Source of the DNA: Torpedo marmorata
Lineage: Eukaryota
Assembly (NCBI GenBank): GCA_977017645.1
Contig: OZ360236.1
Span: forward strand, 48,980,001 to 49,044,000
Reading direction: 5' to 3'
Length of the DNA stretch: 64,000 nucleotides
Below are positions 44,569-56,989 of the stretch, one piece after another (position 1 is the stretch's first letter; the number at the start of each line of letters is the position of its first letter). Position numbers and translations under genes: made by a program. A model generated the notes under the pieces. The model was not told the origin of the DNA. It ran no database searches and saw only the letters and a program-made list of their open reading frames with translations.

Positions 44569-47500
44569 ATGATGGATAGTAAAAATATAAATTTAGTAAG
44601 TATTAATATAAATGGGCTTAATAATCCAATTAAAAGGAAAAGAACTTTAGCATATATTAAAAAGTTGAATGTAGACATAGCTTTTTTACAGGAGACCCAT
44701 TTGATAGATTCGGAACATCAAAAATTAAAGAGGGAATGGGTTGGTCAAGTGGTGGCTTCTTCATTTAATTCTAAAGCAAGAGGGGTAGCTATATTAGTTA
44801 ATAAAAAATTACCTTTTAAGATACAATCGGTAGTTATAGATGGGGCAGGAAGATACGTTTTGATACATTGTCAGATTTATTCAGAATTTTGGACACTTAT
44901 GAATTTATATGTGTCAAATGTAGATGATGAGCAATTTATTCAGGATGGTTTTTTTACATTTGTCAGAAGTTAATGAAAATATTTTAATTGGGGGAGATTT
45001 CAATTGTTGTTTAGATTCAATAATGGATAAAACTTCAAGATCACCTGTTAAAGCTAAAATTGTTAAAAGAGTTCTTACCCTGATGAAGGATTTAAATCTA
45101 ATAGATATTTGGAGGAAATTGAACCCTAGAGAAAAAGATTATTCTTTTTATTCTTTTAGACATGATTCATATTCTAGGATAGATTTATTTTTATTATCCT
45201 CAAGTTCAAGATAGAATAACGCAAGCATCCTATAAAGCGAGAGTAATTTCAGATCATTCACCTTTATTAATATCTTGTATAATTCCGGAAAAAGAAAAAA
45301 TTGTATATAATTGGAGGTTTAATTCATCTTTGTTGAAAAGGAAAGATTTTTGTGAATATATTAGAAGGGAAATTCAGGAATTTTTGCGAATAAATGCTAA
45401 TTCTACTGATAATAAATTTATTATTTGGGAAGCTTTAAAAGCTTATTTAAGGGGTCAGATAATAAGTTACTCAGTAAAAATTAAGAAAGATTACCTTAAG
45501 GAAGTAGAAAAACTTGAGAAGGAGATTGAATGTTTGGAAAAAGATTTACAGAAGAACAGATCAATTCAAAAAAGAAATCATTTAATAGGGAAGAAATTAC
45601 ATTATAATTTATTACAAACATATAAAATGGAAAAATTAATTGAGAAAACTAAAAGATATTATGAATTAGGGGAAACAGCTCATAAAGTTTTGGCATGGCA
45701 ATTAAAAAAAATCACATTTCTAGAACTATAAATGCTATAAAAAAAAAAAAATAAAAAAAAACTCTGGAGAGATAACTTATAAACCTCAAGAAATAAATGA
45801 TTCTTTTAAAGATTATTATTTGAATTTATATAAATCTCAGATTGATCAAGACGATGTTAAAATTACTAGATTTTTATCCAAAATTACATTACCTAAGTTG
45901 AATATTCAAAATAGAGATTCTTTAGATTTACCTTTTACAATGAGGAAGTTAGTGAAGTTCTTTCTTCATTAAAGAGTGGCAAGTCTCCAGGTGAAGATGG
46001 GTTTCCATCAGAATTTTATAAAGAGTTTAAAGATTTATTAATACCTCCATATATGGAAGTATTGCATCAAATTACGGAAACTCATTAATTACCGGAAACT
46101 TTTTAAAATGCAATAATTACAGTTATACCAAAGAAAGATAGAGATATATTGAAAACTGAATCTTATAGACCTATTTCATTATTAAATGTAGATTATAAAA
46201 TAATGGCAAAAATTTTAGCAAATAGAATGGCTAATTATTTACCAAATTTAATTCATGCAGATCAAGCTGGTTTTATTAAAAATAGATATTCAAAAGATAA
46301 TATAGCTAGATTGATCAGTTTAATTAATTTACATAAAAAGGAAGATTTACCATTAGTATTAACATTAGATGCTGAAAAGGCTTTTGATAGAGTAGAATGG
46401 AATTTTTTTATTTAAGGTATTGGAGAAATTTGGTTTTGGAAATACATTTATTAATTGGATTAAAACTATATATAAAGAACCATCTGCTAAAGTAGTTACA
46501 AATGGACAAATCTCTTCAAAATTTTCTTTGACTCGATCTACTAGACAGGGTTGCCCTCTGTCACCAGCATTATTTATTTTGGCGATAGAACCTTTGGCTG
46601 AATTAGTTAGAAAAGATCCTAAAATAGTTGGTATTAAAGTTGGTACGGAAGAACATAAAATTAGTTTGTTTGCAGATGATGTATTGATATATATGACAAA
46701 ATCTATTACATCTTTAGTACAATTGTCTATTTTATTGAGAGAATATGGGGAAATATCTGGATATAAAATTAATTCTGATAAAAGTGAAATTATGGCATTA
46801 TCTCAAGGGGATTATAGTAGATGTAAAGAAATTACACAATTTAAATGGGCAAAGGAAGGAATTAAATATTTGGGAGTAAGGGTTGATACAAAATTAGATA
46901 ATTTATATAAATTAAATTATTTACCATTATTTGCGAAAATAAAGAAAGATTTAGAGAACTGGAAAGATTTACCTATAACTTTAATGGGAAGAGTAAATTG
47001 TATTAAAATGAATATTTTTCCAAGAATTCAGTATCTTTTTCAATCAATTCCTTATGGAATTCCTAAAAATTTTTTAAAAAATTTAAACTTAATTATTAGG
47101 AAATTTTTATGGAAAGGAAAGTTAGCAAGAGTAGGTATGGAAAAATTAACTTGGAATTATGAAATGGGTGGCTTACAACTTCCTAATTTTCAAAATTATT
47201 ATAAAGCAGATCAATTGAAATTTGTTAATGAATTTTTTGATTTAACTAAATTTCCTGCTTGGATTAAAATAGAATTAAATAATATAAGTGATGATTCCAA
47301 AGAAGAAATTATTTATAAATGGGATTCTAAATTAATATCAACAAGAAAGAAAAATTCTCCTATCTTCAAACATTTGTTAGAAATATGGAATAAGACAGAT
47401 AAGGAAATAGGAGGAAAAGGATTGATTTCTTCAAAGATGCCTTTATATCAAAATGGACTTATTCCATTTACTATTGTTACAAATTCAAACCAGCAACGAC

Positions 47501-49249
47501 AGAAGACGCAATGCAAAAGGGGTAAAATTGAAATTACTATTTATTAAAGACAAGTAAACATAATTTCACAACAATTAACCCCACTATAAACGTCTATAAA
47601 CTCTATTCTTATCTAAAAGGTGTGTGTGTGTGTATAAAGCCCAGACCATTACAGTCTGTGCCCAACCCTTATGTAAAAATGGAAAAACTCTCCCCAAAAA
47701 CCCCAGGTCAGTCATAAAAAAACAAGTCAGTCAAAAAAAGGATAATACAGTCTACAAATTCACTCTCTAAGTTCAGGCTTCAACTTCAGCTCTGTGTCTG
47801 GTAGAAGTACTTCTGAATGAACATTGGAGAGAGACAATGACTGTTTATGCTTACAAATACTTGTTTTCTTCTCTGATGACGTCCCCTTCTTGTATGTTCA
47901 TAAGGATTGCAAGTTCAGATCAGTATACCACTGATTTAGGCGTGTGCTTGAATCTCACAGCTGGTCTCGCTGATCTCACGCCTGTTCTCCACAGAAGTTG
48001 CTTTTTCTCAGAATTTCTCTGAGACAGGAGGCCATGTGCTATCTTCTGCTAGTGATTTTCTCTGGCTTGCACAAGCCTGGATTTGGCTGTGTCCTGTAGC
48101 CTTTGCAACTTACAACTGTCTGCTTTTCCTGCAGAAATCTGCAACTGCTTTTTGCAAAAGTGAAACAAATGTATCTTGTCCAGTCTGTCTCTCTCTCTGG
48201 TCTCTCTCTGTCTGGGTACACCAAGAGTGCAACAATGTATCTTGTCTAGGTACACCAAGTAGCTGGGGAAGTTAACTCTTTCAGTACCTGGCCCCAGTGT
48301 ATACTCCAAAAGACTTCATCCTTCCTGCTGACCGTCTGCAATCCAAATGGTCAGTCATGGTCCATAACACTATTAATAATCAATTATTTAGAATTTGGTT
48401 TCAAAAAGGAATTAAAAAGATTAGTGATTGTTTTGAAGCTGGGAAATTTATTACGTTTCAAAGAATGAAAGATAAATTTAATATATTAGATAATACTATA
48501 TTTGCTTATTATCAAATTAGAGCTTTTTTGATTGAGAAATTAGGTCATGCTTTGATTTTACCAAGACAAAATGAATTAGAATTATTAGTTACTAATGGAG
48601 ATGTTAATAAATTTATTTCTCAAATGTATAAATTGTTTCAGAGGAAAATGCCTAAAGTAGGTTTACATAAATCAAGATTAAAATGGGAATTAGATTTGAA
48701 TGTAAGAATAGATGAAAATCATTGGAAAGAATTATGTAAATTAAGTATGACGAAGATTATTAATGTTAGATATAGATTAGTACAATATAATTTTTTTCAT
48801 CAATTATATTTAACACCTAAAAAATTTAAGAAATTTAATCCGGTATTATCAGGATTATGTTTTAGATGTAATAAAGAAGAAGGTTATTTTGTACATTCTA
48901 CATGGTTTTGTCCAAAAGTTTATGATTTTTGGTTGAAAGTTAAAATTTTTTAGCTAAAGTATTTAAGATTACATTTCCAATGATATTTTTGTTTGGAGAT
49001 ATTAGAAAATTCAGCATTAAGAAGAAATTAAATATGTATCAAGTAGAATTTTTACGAATTGCTTTAGCTGTTTCAAAAAAATGTATTGCTATTACTTGGA
49101 AATCTGATTTAGATTTGGGATTAGAAAGATGGCATGCAGAACTTCGTTCGTGTATACCACTTGAAAAAATTACTTATAATTTACGTAATAAATATCATTT
49201 TTTTAAAATTTGGAGCCCATATATGAGAGCTGTGGGTTTAAGGATTTGA
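44569..49249 (+). pseudogene. L1 ORF2 (endonuclease, RT, Cys domain), frameshifted and interrupted by a solo LTR
   Basis: NINGLN, FLQETH, GGDFN, SYRPISLLN, LDAEKAFD, RQGCPLSP, LFADD and CFRC..H..W.C motifs. Confidence 0.9.
47475..48369 (-). mobile_element. Solo LTR
   Basis: tgttac..ataaca ends with a 4-bp TSD CTAT. L1 ORF2 is colinear across it. Orientation is inferred from a minus-strand AATAAA. Confidence 0.85.
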
Positions 49250-50189
49250 TGATCTCTGGGTATCGGATCTACTGGCATGCTTAACCTCCACAATAGAATT
49301 AGTTTATAGATGGCATTCCCCTTACTCTATCCTTTTCTTTCTTTTTTCTATTTTTATCTTTTTATTTTTATTAGATTAGTGGGGTTGGGGAGGGAGGAGG
49401 AAGGGTGAAAATGTATCACATGTATTTTGATAATTTTATATTTTATCTTATGTATTTTGTGATTAAAAATTTAAATAAAATTTATTTTTAAAAAAAAAAG
49501 GGTCTCTGGGAAGAGAAGTTAGCGGTCAAAATCACGAGGAAGAGGGTACTTGGGAAGCTAAATGGTCTAAGGGTAGATAAGTCTCCTGGACCGGATGGAA
49601 TGCAACCTCAGTTTCTGAAGGAGGTAGCTGTAGAGATTGTGGAGGCTTTGGTTATCTTCCAGGAATCAGTGGATTCTAGCACGGTTCCGGTGGACTGGAG
49701 GATAGCGAATGTCACTCCGCTGTTTAAGAAGGGAACGAGGCAGCAGAAAGGAAATTATAGACCTGTTAGCCTGACATCAATGGTTGGGAAGCTGTTGGAG
49801 TCGATTGTCAAGGATAAGGTTACGGAGTACCAAGGGGCACATGACAAGTCAGCGTGGTTTCCTTAAAGGAAAATCATGCCTGACAAACCTATTGCAATTT
49901 TTTGAAGAGATTACAAGTTGGATAGACAGGGGAGATGCAGTGGATGTTGTGTGTTTGGACTTTCAAAAGACCTTCAACAAAGTGCCACACATGAGGCTGC
50001 TTAACAAGATCAGAGCCCATGGGATTACAGGAAGGATACCAGCATGGGTAGAGCATTGGCTGATTGGCACGAAACAGAGATGGGAATAATGAGATCCTAT
50101 TCTGGTTAGCTACCGGTTACCAGTGGTGTTCTGCAGGGGTCGGTGTTGGGGCCACTTTTTATATTGTATATAAATGATTTGGATTATGG

Positions 50190-51958
50190 ATTCAGATTTC
50201 AGATTTATTGTCAGAGTATATACACGACATCACATACAACCCTGAGATTCCTTTTTTCCTGTGGGCGCGGCAGAATTACCACTAATTGGTAGTGAAAAAA
50301 AACCCAAAAACAGTACACAGCGTAAACATGTAAACAATTAAAAGCACTGAACAGATAACGAATATAAACAAACTGTGCAATACAGGGAAAGCAAAGAAAA
50401 TCAATAAAAGTGCACAAGTAAAAGTCCTTAAATGAGTCTCTGATTGACTTTGTCGTTGAGGATTCTGATGGTGGAGGGGTAGCAGCTGTACCTGAACCTG
50501 GTGGTGCGAGTCTTGTGGCACCTATACCTCTGTTCTGATGGCAGCAGCGAGAACAGAGTGTGTGCTAGGTGATGTGGGTCTTTGATAATTGCTGCTGCCC
50601 TCCGACGGCAGCATTCCCTGTAGATGTACTCAATAGTGGGGAGGGTTTTGCCTGTAATGTCCTGGGCTGTGTCCACTACTTTTTGGAGGGCTTTACACTC
50701 AGGGGTATTGGTATTCCCATACCAGACCGTGATGCAGCCGGTCAGCACACTTTCCACCACACCTCTAGAAATTTGCCAGGGTTTCTGATGTCATAACAAA
50801 CTTCCGCAAACTCCTGAGGAAGTAGAGGCGCTGACGTGCTTTCTTCACGATGCCATTGGTGAGTTGGGTCCAGAAAAGATCCTCTGAGAAAGTGACTCCC
50901 AAGAACCTAAATTTGCTCACCCTCTCCACCTCTGATCCCCCAATAATCACTGGATTGTATACCTCGGGCTTTCCTTTCCTGAAGTTAACAATCAGTTCCT
51001 TAGTTTTGGTGACATTAAGTGCAAGGTTGTTATTGGTTAACCATTCAGCCATGTTTTCAATCTCCATCCTGTATGCTGACTCATCCCCTTCCTTTATACA
51101 ACCCACTACCGTGGTATCGTTGGCAAATTTGTAGATGGTGTTATTGTCCTACCGAGCTACACAGTCTTAGGTGTAAAGTGAGTAGAGCAGGGGGCTAAGA
51201 ACACAGCCCTGTGGTGCTCCGTTACTGATGGAGATTGTGGAGGAGAAGTTCTTACCAATCTTTACTGATTGTGGTCTGGAGGTGAGGAAATCCATGATCC
51301 AATTACACAATGGGGTGTTAACTCCCAGGTCTTGGAGTTTGCTGATCAGTTTTGAGGGGATGATGGTGTTAAATGCCGATCTGTATTCGATAAAGAGCAT
51401 CCTGATGTATGCATCTTTGCTGTCCAGGTGTTCCAGCGCTTTGTGTAGAGCCAGTGAGATGGCATCCGCCGTAGACCTGTTGCCGTGATAGGCCGACTGG
51501 AATGGATCCATGTCACCGCTCAGACAAGAGCTGATATGCTTCATCGCCAGCCTTTCAAAACACTTCATCACTGTTGATGTTAGTGCTACTGGTCGATAGT
51601 TGTTAAGGCAGGTTACTGCACTCTTGGGCACCGGTATGATTGACGCCTGTTTGAAACAGGTGGGTACCACGCCCTGCTGGAGTGAGATATTGAAGATATC
51701 CGTGAATACCTTGGTAAGTTGATCAGCACAGATCTTGAATACTCGGCCAGGTACTCCATCCGGGCCGGATGCTTTACTCGGATTCACTCTCCTGAAGGCA
51801 GCACGCACGCTATCCTCAGATACGGACAGAGTGGGATCGTCAGGGGACGTGGGGGTGCGGAGGGGTGGTTCTTCGCTGTTACTGTCGTCAAATCGGGCGT
51901 AGAAAGCGTTGAGTTCCTCTGGGAGAGAAGCTTTGCCCTCGGCTACTTTTCCGGATTT
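50190..51958 (-). mobile_element. 5'-truncated Rex1 LINE inserted in CR1
   Basis: [32 protein letters not shown] and a (tctgaa)n tail. Flanks are ggattatgga / ggatttgga. Confidence 0.88.
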
Positions 51959-53988
51959 GGAATAGATGGCTTTGTGGCTAAATTTGCAGGTTATACCAAA
52001 ATAAGTGGTGGGGGCGGGGGGGGGGGGGGGGAGGGATGCTGAGGATACGGAAAGGCTCCAGAGAGACTTGGATAGATTAGGTGACTGGGCAAAGAGGTGG
52101 CAGATGAAATACAATGTTGGAAAGAGTACGGTCATACACTTTGGTAGAAGAAAATTCAAAATTTGGAGTTGCAAAGGGACTTGGGAGTCCTCGTGCAGGA
52201 TACCCTAAAGGTTAACCTCCAGGTTGAGTCACTGGTGAAGAAAGCGAATGCAATGTTGGCATTCATTTCGAGAGGAATAGCATACAAGATCAGGGATGCA
52301 ATGTTGGGACTCGACAGGGCACTGGTGAGACCTTCTTGGAGTACTGTTTACAGTTTTGGGCACCTTATTTGAGTAATGACGTGCTGGCGTTGGAGAGGGT
52401 TCAGATTTACTGGAATGATACAGGAATGAAAGGGTTAGCATATATGAGGAATGTTTGTCGGCTCTTGGACTGTACTCGGAGTACAGAAGCATTGGGGGGG
52501 GGGTGGAAATCTCATGGAGATATTTTGAATATTGAAAGTCTGGACATAGTAGATGTGGCAAGGTAGGGGAGTCAAGGACAAGAGGGTACAACTTCAGAAT
52601 AAAACGGTGTCCATTGAAAACAGATGCGGAAAAATCTCTTTAGCCAGAGGGTCGTGAGTCTGTGGAACTTGTTGCCACAGGCGGCTTTGGAATCAAGGTC
52701 GTTGGTGTATTCAAGGCAGAGCTTGACAGGTATTTGATTAGTCAGGGCATCAAGGGTTACGGGGAGAAGGCAGGGGTGTGGGGCTGAGTGGGAGGATGGA
52801 TCAGCTCATTATAGAAGGTGGAGGTGACTCAATGGGCCGATTGGCCTACTTCTGCTCCTATCTCTTGTGATCAAGTGCTACACAACCAGGGTTAACAAGA
52901 AACCATGGTTGGGCGCAGAGGTCCATCCACTCCTCAGCTTGTAATGCTGTCTTCACAGGAGTCAAGTTGGCACTAAGATCAGCCAAGGCTGAACTCTCCC
53001 ATGCAAGTCAGAAGGCAATGTGTGGGTACGCACAGAAGATCTTTTGTCAGCTGTGCGACACGAGGCTCATGTGACAAGGATTCAAGACTACAAGGCCACC
53101 TTGCAAGTCAAAGACAATGATGCCTCCCACAGAGGGCGGTACTGACTACCACCCAGTGGCACTGACCTCCACCATTATGAAATGCTCCAAGCATCTGGTG
53201 ATGGAATGCTTCACAGCGCACCTCCCAGAGACACTGCAACCATTTCAATTTGCCTGCAGATGGAACTGTTCTACTGATGATGTGAGAGCCTTGTCCCTCC
53301 ACTCCATCCTGTACCACCTGGAGAATTGACTCTTCACACGCCAGGCTGCTGCTCATTGACTTCAGCCTGGAGAAGCTGTCCTTGCTGGGATACAACACCC
53401 CATTCTGTAACTGGATTCTGGACTTTCTAACGGAAAGACCACAGTCTACCTGGGTTGACAGAAGAACGTGGAGAATCATCACGCTGAGCACTGGCGCACC
53501 GCAGGGCTGTGTGCTCAGCCCGCTCCTGGTCACGCTACTGACCCACGACTGCAATGCCAGATCTAGCTCCAACAGTTTCCTCAAGTTTACAGATGACACG
53601 ACAGTAGTTGGCCTTATCAGCAACCATGATGAGTCGTACTACAGAGAAGAGGTGGAAAGTCTCGTGAAATGGTGTGAGAATAACAGCCTGGACAAGGCGA
53701 AGGAGATGATTGTGGACTTCAGGAGGACCAGGGTCGACCACCCTCCACTAAACATTAATAGTTTGGTAGTGGAGAACACCAAGTTCCTCGGAGTCCACTT
53801 AAGAAGTGTCTTATCCTGGACACAACATTTCCTCACTTGTCTGGAAGGCGCAACAGCGACTGCACTTCCTTAGAAGGCTGAAGCCGGCAAGGCTACCGGC
53901 CACGATTCTGTCAACTTTCTACAGGAGCTCTATCGAGATCATCCTGACCGGCTGCATCATAGTGTGGTACAGTTGCTGTAGAGCATTG

Positions 53989-54793
53989 TGTTACAAATTC
54001 AAACCAGCAACGACAGAAGACGCAATGCAAAAGGGGTAAAATTGAAATTTATATTTATTAAAGACAATTAAACATATAATTTCACAACAATTAACCCCAC
54101 TATAAACGTCTATAAACACTATTCTTATCTAAAGAGTGTGTGTGTATATATAAAGCCCAGACCATTACAGTCTGTGCCCAACCCTCATGTAAAAATGGAA
54201 AACCTTCCCCAAACCCCCAGGTCAGTCATAAAATAAGTCAGTCCCAAAAATACAGTCCACAAAAATTCACTCTCTATGTTCAGGGTCCAAATTCAGCTGT
54301 GTGCTGGCAAGAAGGACTTCTTAATGAACGTTGGAGAGAGACAATGACTGTTTAAGCTTACGAATGCTTGGCCTGCTTTTCTTCTCTGATGACTTTCTCT
54401 TTTGGTAGATACACGAGGATTGCGACTCCAAATCCGTTTTGGATTGAGGCGTGTACTTGGATCTCACAGCCGGACTCGCTGATCTCACGCCTGTTCTTCA
54501 CAAAAGTTATTTTATCTCAGGATTTTGCTGAGACAGGAGGCCATGTGCTATTCTCCCAGCCTTTTCCCCTGGGATGCACAAGCCTGGATTTTCCTGTGTT
54601 CTCCAGCCTTTGCAACTCCAAACTGAATGCTTTTTTCAGAGGTTTACACCTGCTTTTGCAAAAGTGCAACAAAGTATCTCTCCACAGTCTGTCTCTCTCT
54701 GGTGTCTCTCTCTCTGTGAGTACAAGAAGTCCTGGGCAAGTTAACTCTCAGTACCAGGTCCGCAGTCCAAATGGTCAGTCATGGTCCATAACA
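53989..54793 (-). mobile_element. Solo LTR, same family as 47475
   Basis: Near-identical termini to 47475-48369, with flanks attg/aatg. Confidence 0.85.
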
Positions 54794-55201
54794 AATGGAA
54801 CTAAATCCACAGTACCATAAGAGTGGCAGAGAGGATTATTGGGGTCTCCCTCCCTTCCCCCCCCCCCACCCCCCAACATCGATGGAATTTACCAGGATTG
54901 TTGTCTAAAGAGGGATTGCAAAATCAGCGAGGACCCCTACCATCCTGCACACAACATCTTTTATCTACTCCCATCGGGAAAGAGATACAGGAATAGCAGA
55001 GCCAGAACCTCCAAGCTGAGAAACTGCTTCTTCCCACGAGAAGTGAGACTGCTGAACGACTGATGAATGGCGCAAAAAAAACCCCGAGACTCGACTATTT
55101 TTTAAATAATATTTATTTATCTTAATGTGTGTATACAAGTACTGTGCATGTGTATCGTTTGTATGTGTGTTTGCAGTGTGTTGCACCGAGGGCCGGAGAA
55201 A

Positions 55202-55455
55202 GGGGGGCACGGTTAGTGTAGCGGTTAACATAATGCTGTTACAGCGCCAGTGAGTGGGACTGGGGTTCGAATCCCACGCTGTCTGTAAGGAGTTTGTACG
55301 TTCTCCCCGGGTGCTCCGGTGTCCTCCCACTGTTCAAAAACTTACTGGGGGTTGAGGGTCAATTAGGTGTAATTGGGCGACACGGGCTCGTGAGCCAAAA
55401 GGGCCTGTTACCGTGCTGTATGTCTAAATTTACATTTAAATTTTAAAAAAAATTA
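55202..55455 (+). mobile_element. tRNA-derived V-SINE (HE1-like)
   Basis: B box ggttcgaatccc, V-domain-like core and A/T-rich tail, inserted in the Rex1 3' UTR. Confidence 0.82.
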
Positions 55456-55483
55456 AACTCTGTTTCGTCGGGTTGTACTTGTA

Positions 55484-56008
55484 CAGGTAAGTGCCACTTA
55501 ACGTCCACGATACGTTCTGTGAAAGGCATTATGCGAACACTATTATATACTGTACTTAGCAAAGCTATATGGGATACTGTAGTGTACCTGTAAACTTTTT
55601 ATTTCTAAGTAGGGATTGGTGTGGGGACCGACACGGGGCTCTGGGCAGAGAGCGGGGCAGTGGGATCAGTGTGGGGACCGACACGGGGCTGTGGGGAGAG
55701 AGCGGGGCAGTGGTATCAGTGTGGGGACTGATACAGGGCTGTGGGGAGAGTGCGGGGCAGTGGGATTAGTTGGGACTGATACAGGGCTGAGGGGAGAGAG
55801 CAGGGCAGTGGGATCAGTGTGGGGACCGGCGCGGGGCAGTGGGATTAGTTGGGACTCAGTTTGGGTATACAGTATACAATTTCCTATAGCTAGCGATTGC
55901 TTTTTCTAAATTGCTGAGGACTTGCTCGCGGTAACTGAAAAAGTTTGGGACCACGGACTTTTTTCCGGTCGAACGTTGCCCGAACAGACGTTAATCGGCG
56001 CATACCTG
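55484..56008. mobile_element. Tigger/pogo-like MITE carrying a minisatellite
   Basis: TIRs caggtaagtgccacttaacgtc / gacgttaatcggcgcatacctg with a TA TSD. Confidence 0.82.
55610..55860. repeat. G-rich minisatellite, ~50-bp unit x ~5
   Basis: gtggggaccgacacggggctgtggggagagagcggggcagtgggatcagt repeated. Confidence 0.85.
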
Positions 56009-56037
56009 TACAATCAGATGATAAATGAACTTGAACT

Positions 56038-56985
56038 AGTGCAATAAACAAATACTGGAATAACCCAGCAGGTTTCGCAGCATCCAGATGAAGTAAAAGG
56101 CAATCAACGTTTCGGGCTGGAGCCCTTCGGGAATCTGGAAATAAAACAGGTAGATGCCTGAATTAAAAGGTGGGAGGAGGAAGGGGAAAGGGAGGAGCAA
56201 ACAGGTAAGAGATAATAGATGGATACAAGTGGGAGGGTAGAAGGGAAAGAAGCTGAGAAGTGATGGGGAAGAGGGCAAAGAAGGGTAGCTCTTTGATAGA
56301 AGGAAGGGAATGGGGTGGGGAGCTGAAGGACAGAGTAGTGAAAGAGAGGGGAAGGGGGGTTATCAAAGATTAGAGAAGTCGATACTGATGCTGTCTGGTT
56401 GGAAATTGCTGAGATGGAATATCTTCCTCCAATTTGCAGGTGATCTTGATTTGGTAGTACACAAGGCCATGGACAGACATGTCGCTGTCGCAATGGTGTG
56501 TGGAATTAAAATGGTTGGCCACTGGGTCGTCCTTGCTGTTGCAGTGGATAAAGTGAAGATGCTCAATGAAACAATCTCCCAGCCTGCGTCCAGACTCCCC
56601 GATGTAGAGGAGCCCCTGTCGGGAGCACTGGGTCTAGTAAGTGACCCCGACAGATCCATAGGTGAAGTGTTGCTTCACTTGGAAGGTCTGTTTGAGGTCC
56701 AAAATAGTGGTGAGGGAGGAGATGCAAGCGTAGCATTTCTTGTGGTCACAGAGGTAGGCACTAAGGGAGTGATTGGTGGGAAGGGTTGTGGATGAGGGAG
56801 TCGCAGAGGGTAAGGTCCCTCAGGAAAGCGGGGAGGGGAAGGTGGTGGGGTCCTATTGCAGGTGGAGGAAATTGCAGAGAATAACATTGGATGCGGAGGC
56901 TGGCAGGTGGTAGGTAAGGATAACGGGAACCCTGTCCTTGTTATGTCGAGGGTGAGTGAAGAAGGAAGAGCAGATGTGCAGGAAA
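56038..56985 (-). mobile_element. Degraded Penelope-like element 3' part with decayed hammerhead (56104-56135)
   Basis: Minus-strand GIY-YIG coding (YIGESGRRLGDCFIEHL) and cgaagggctccagcccgaaacgtt. Confidence 0.8.
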
Positions 56986-56989
56986 TAGA

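Larger units (their letters stand above)
42850..49497 (+). mobile_element. Near full-length L1 element
   Basis: G-rich 5' end, ORF1 and ORF2, AATAAA and poly(A). 13-bp TSD AAGGGTCTCTGGG at 42837-42849 and 49498-49510. Confidence 0.93.
41205..52872 (+). mobile_element. CR1 LINE (ORF1 esterase tail + ORF2), degraded, split by L1 and Rex1
   Basis: INMWLRNWC..DHW..GTNIL (ORF1), YLNAGSIRNK..ITESWL, GNYRPVSLTS, GFLKGKSCLTNL, LDFQK..VPH and a CR1 tail ending at ~52872. Confidence 0.88.
37506..56037 (+). mobile_element. Old near full-length Rex1/Babar LINE, fragmented by nested insertions
   Basis: Colinear pieces: LLLANERLLEKKMDYL..ETWL (38100-38340), CRPFYL..DDFNH (39885-40320), EEYTYSVTGYI (41100-41200), [30 protein letters not shown] (52875-53988), EDPYHPAH..FFP (54800-55064) and a (cttgaa)n tail at ~56037. 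Confidence 0.8.

Noticed and set aside
55610-55860. CRISPR-like array
   Set aside because: Head-to-tail minisatellite without unique spacers, in eukaryotic DNA with no cas genes.
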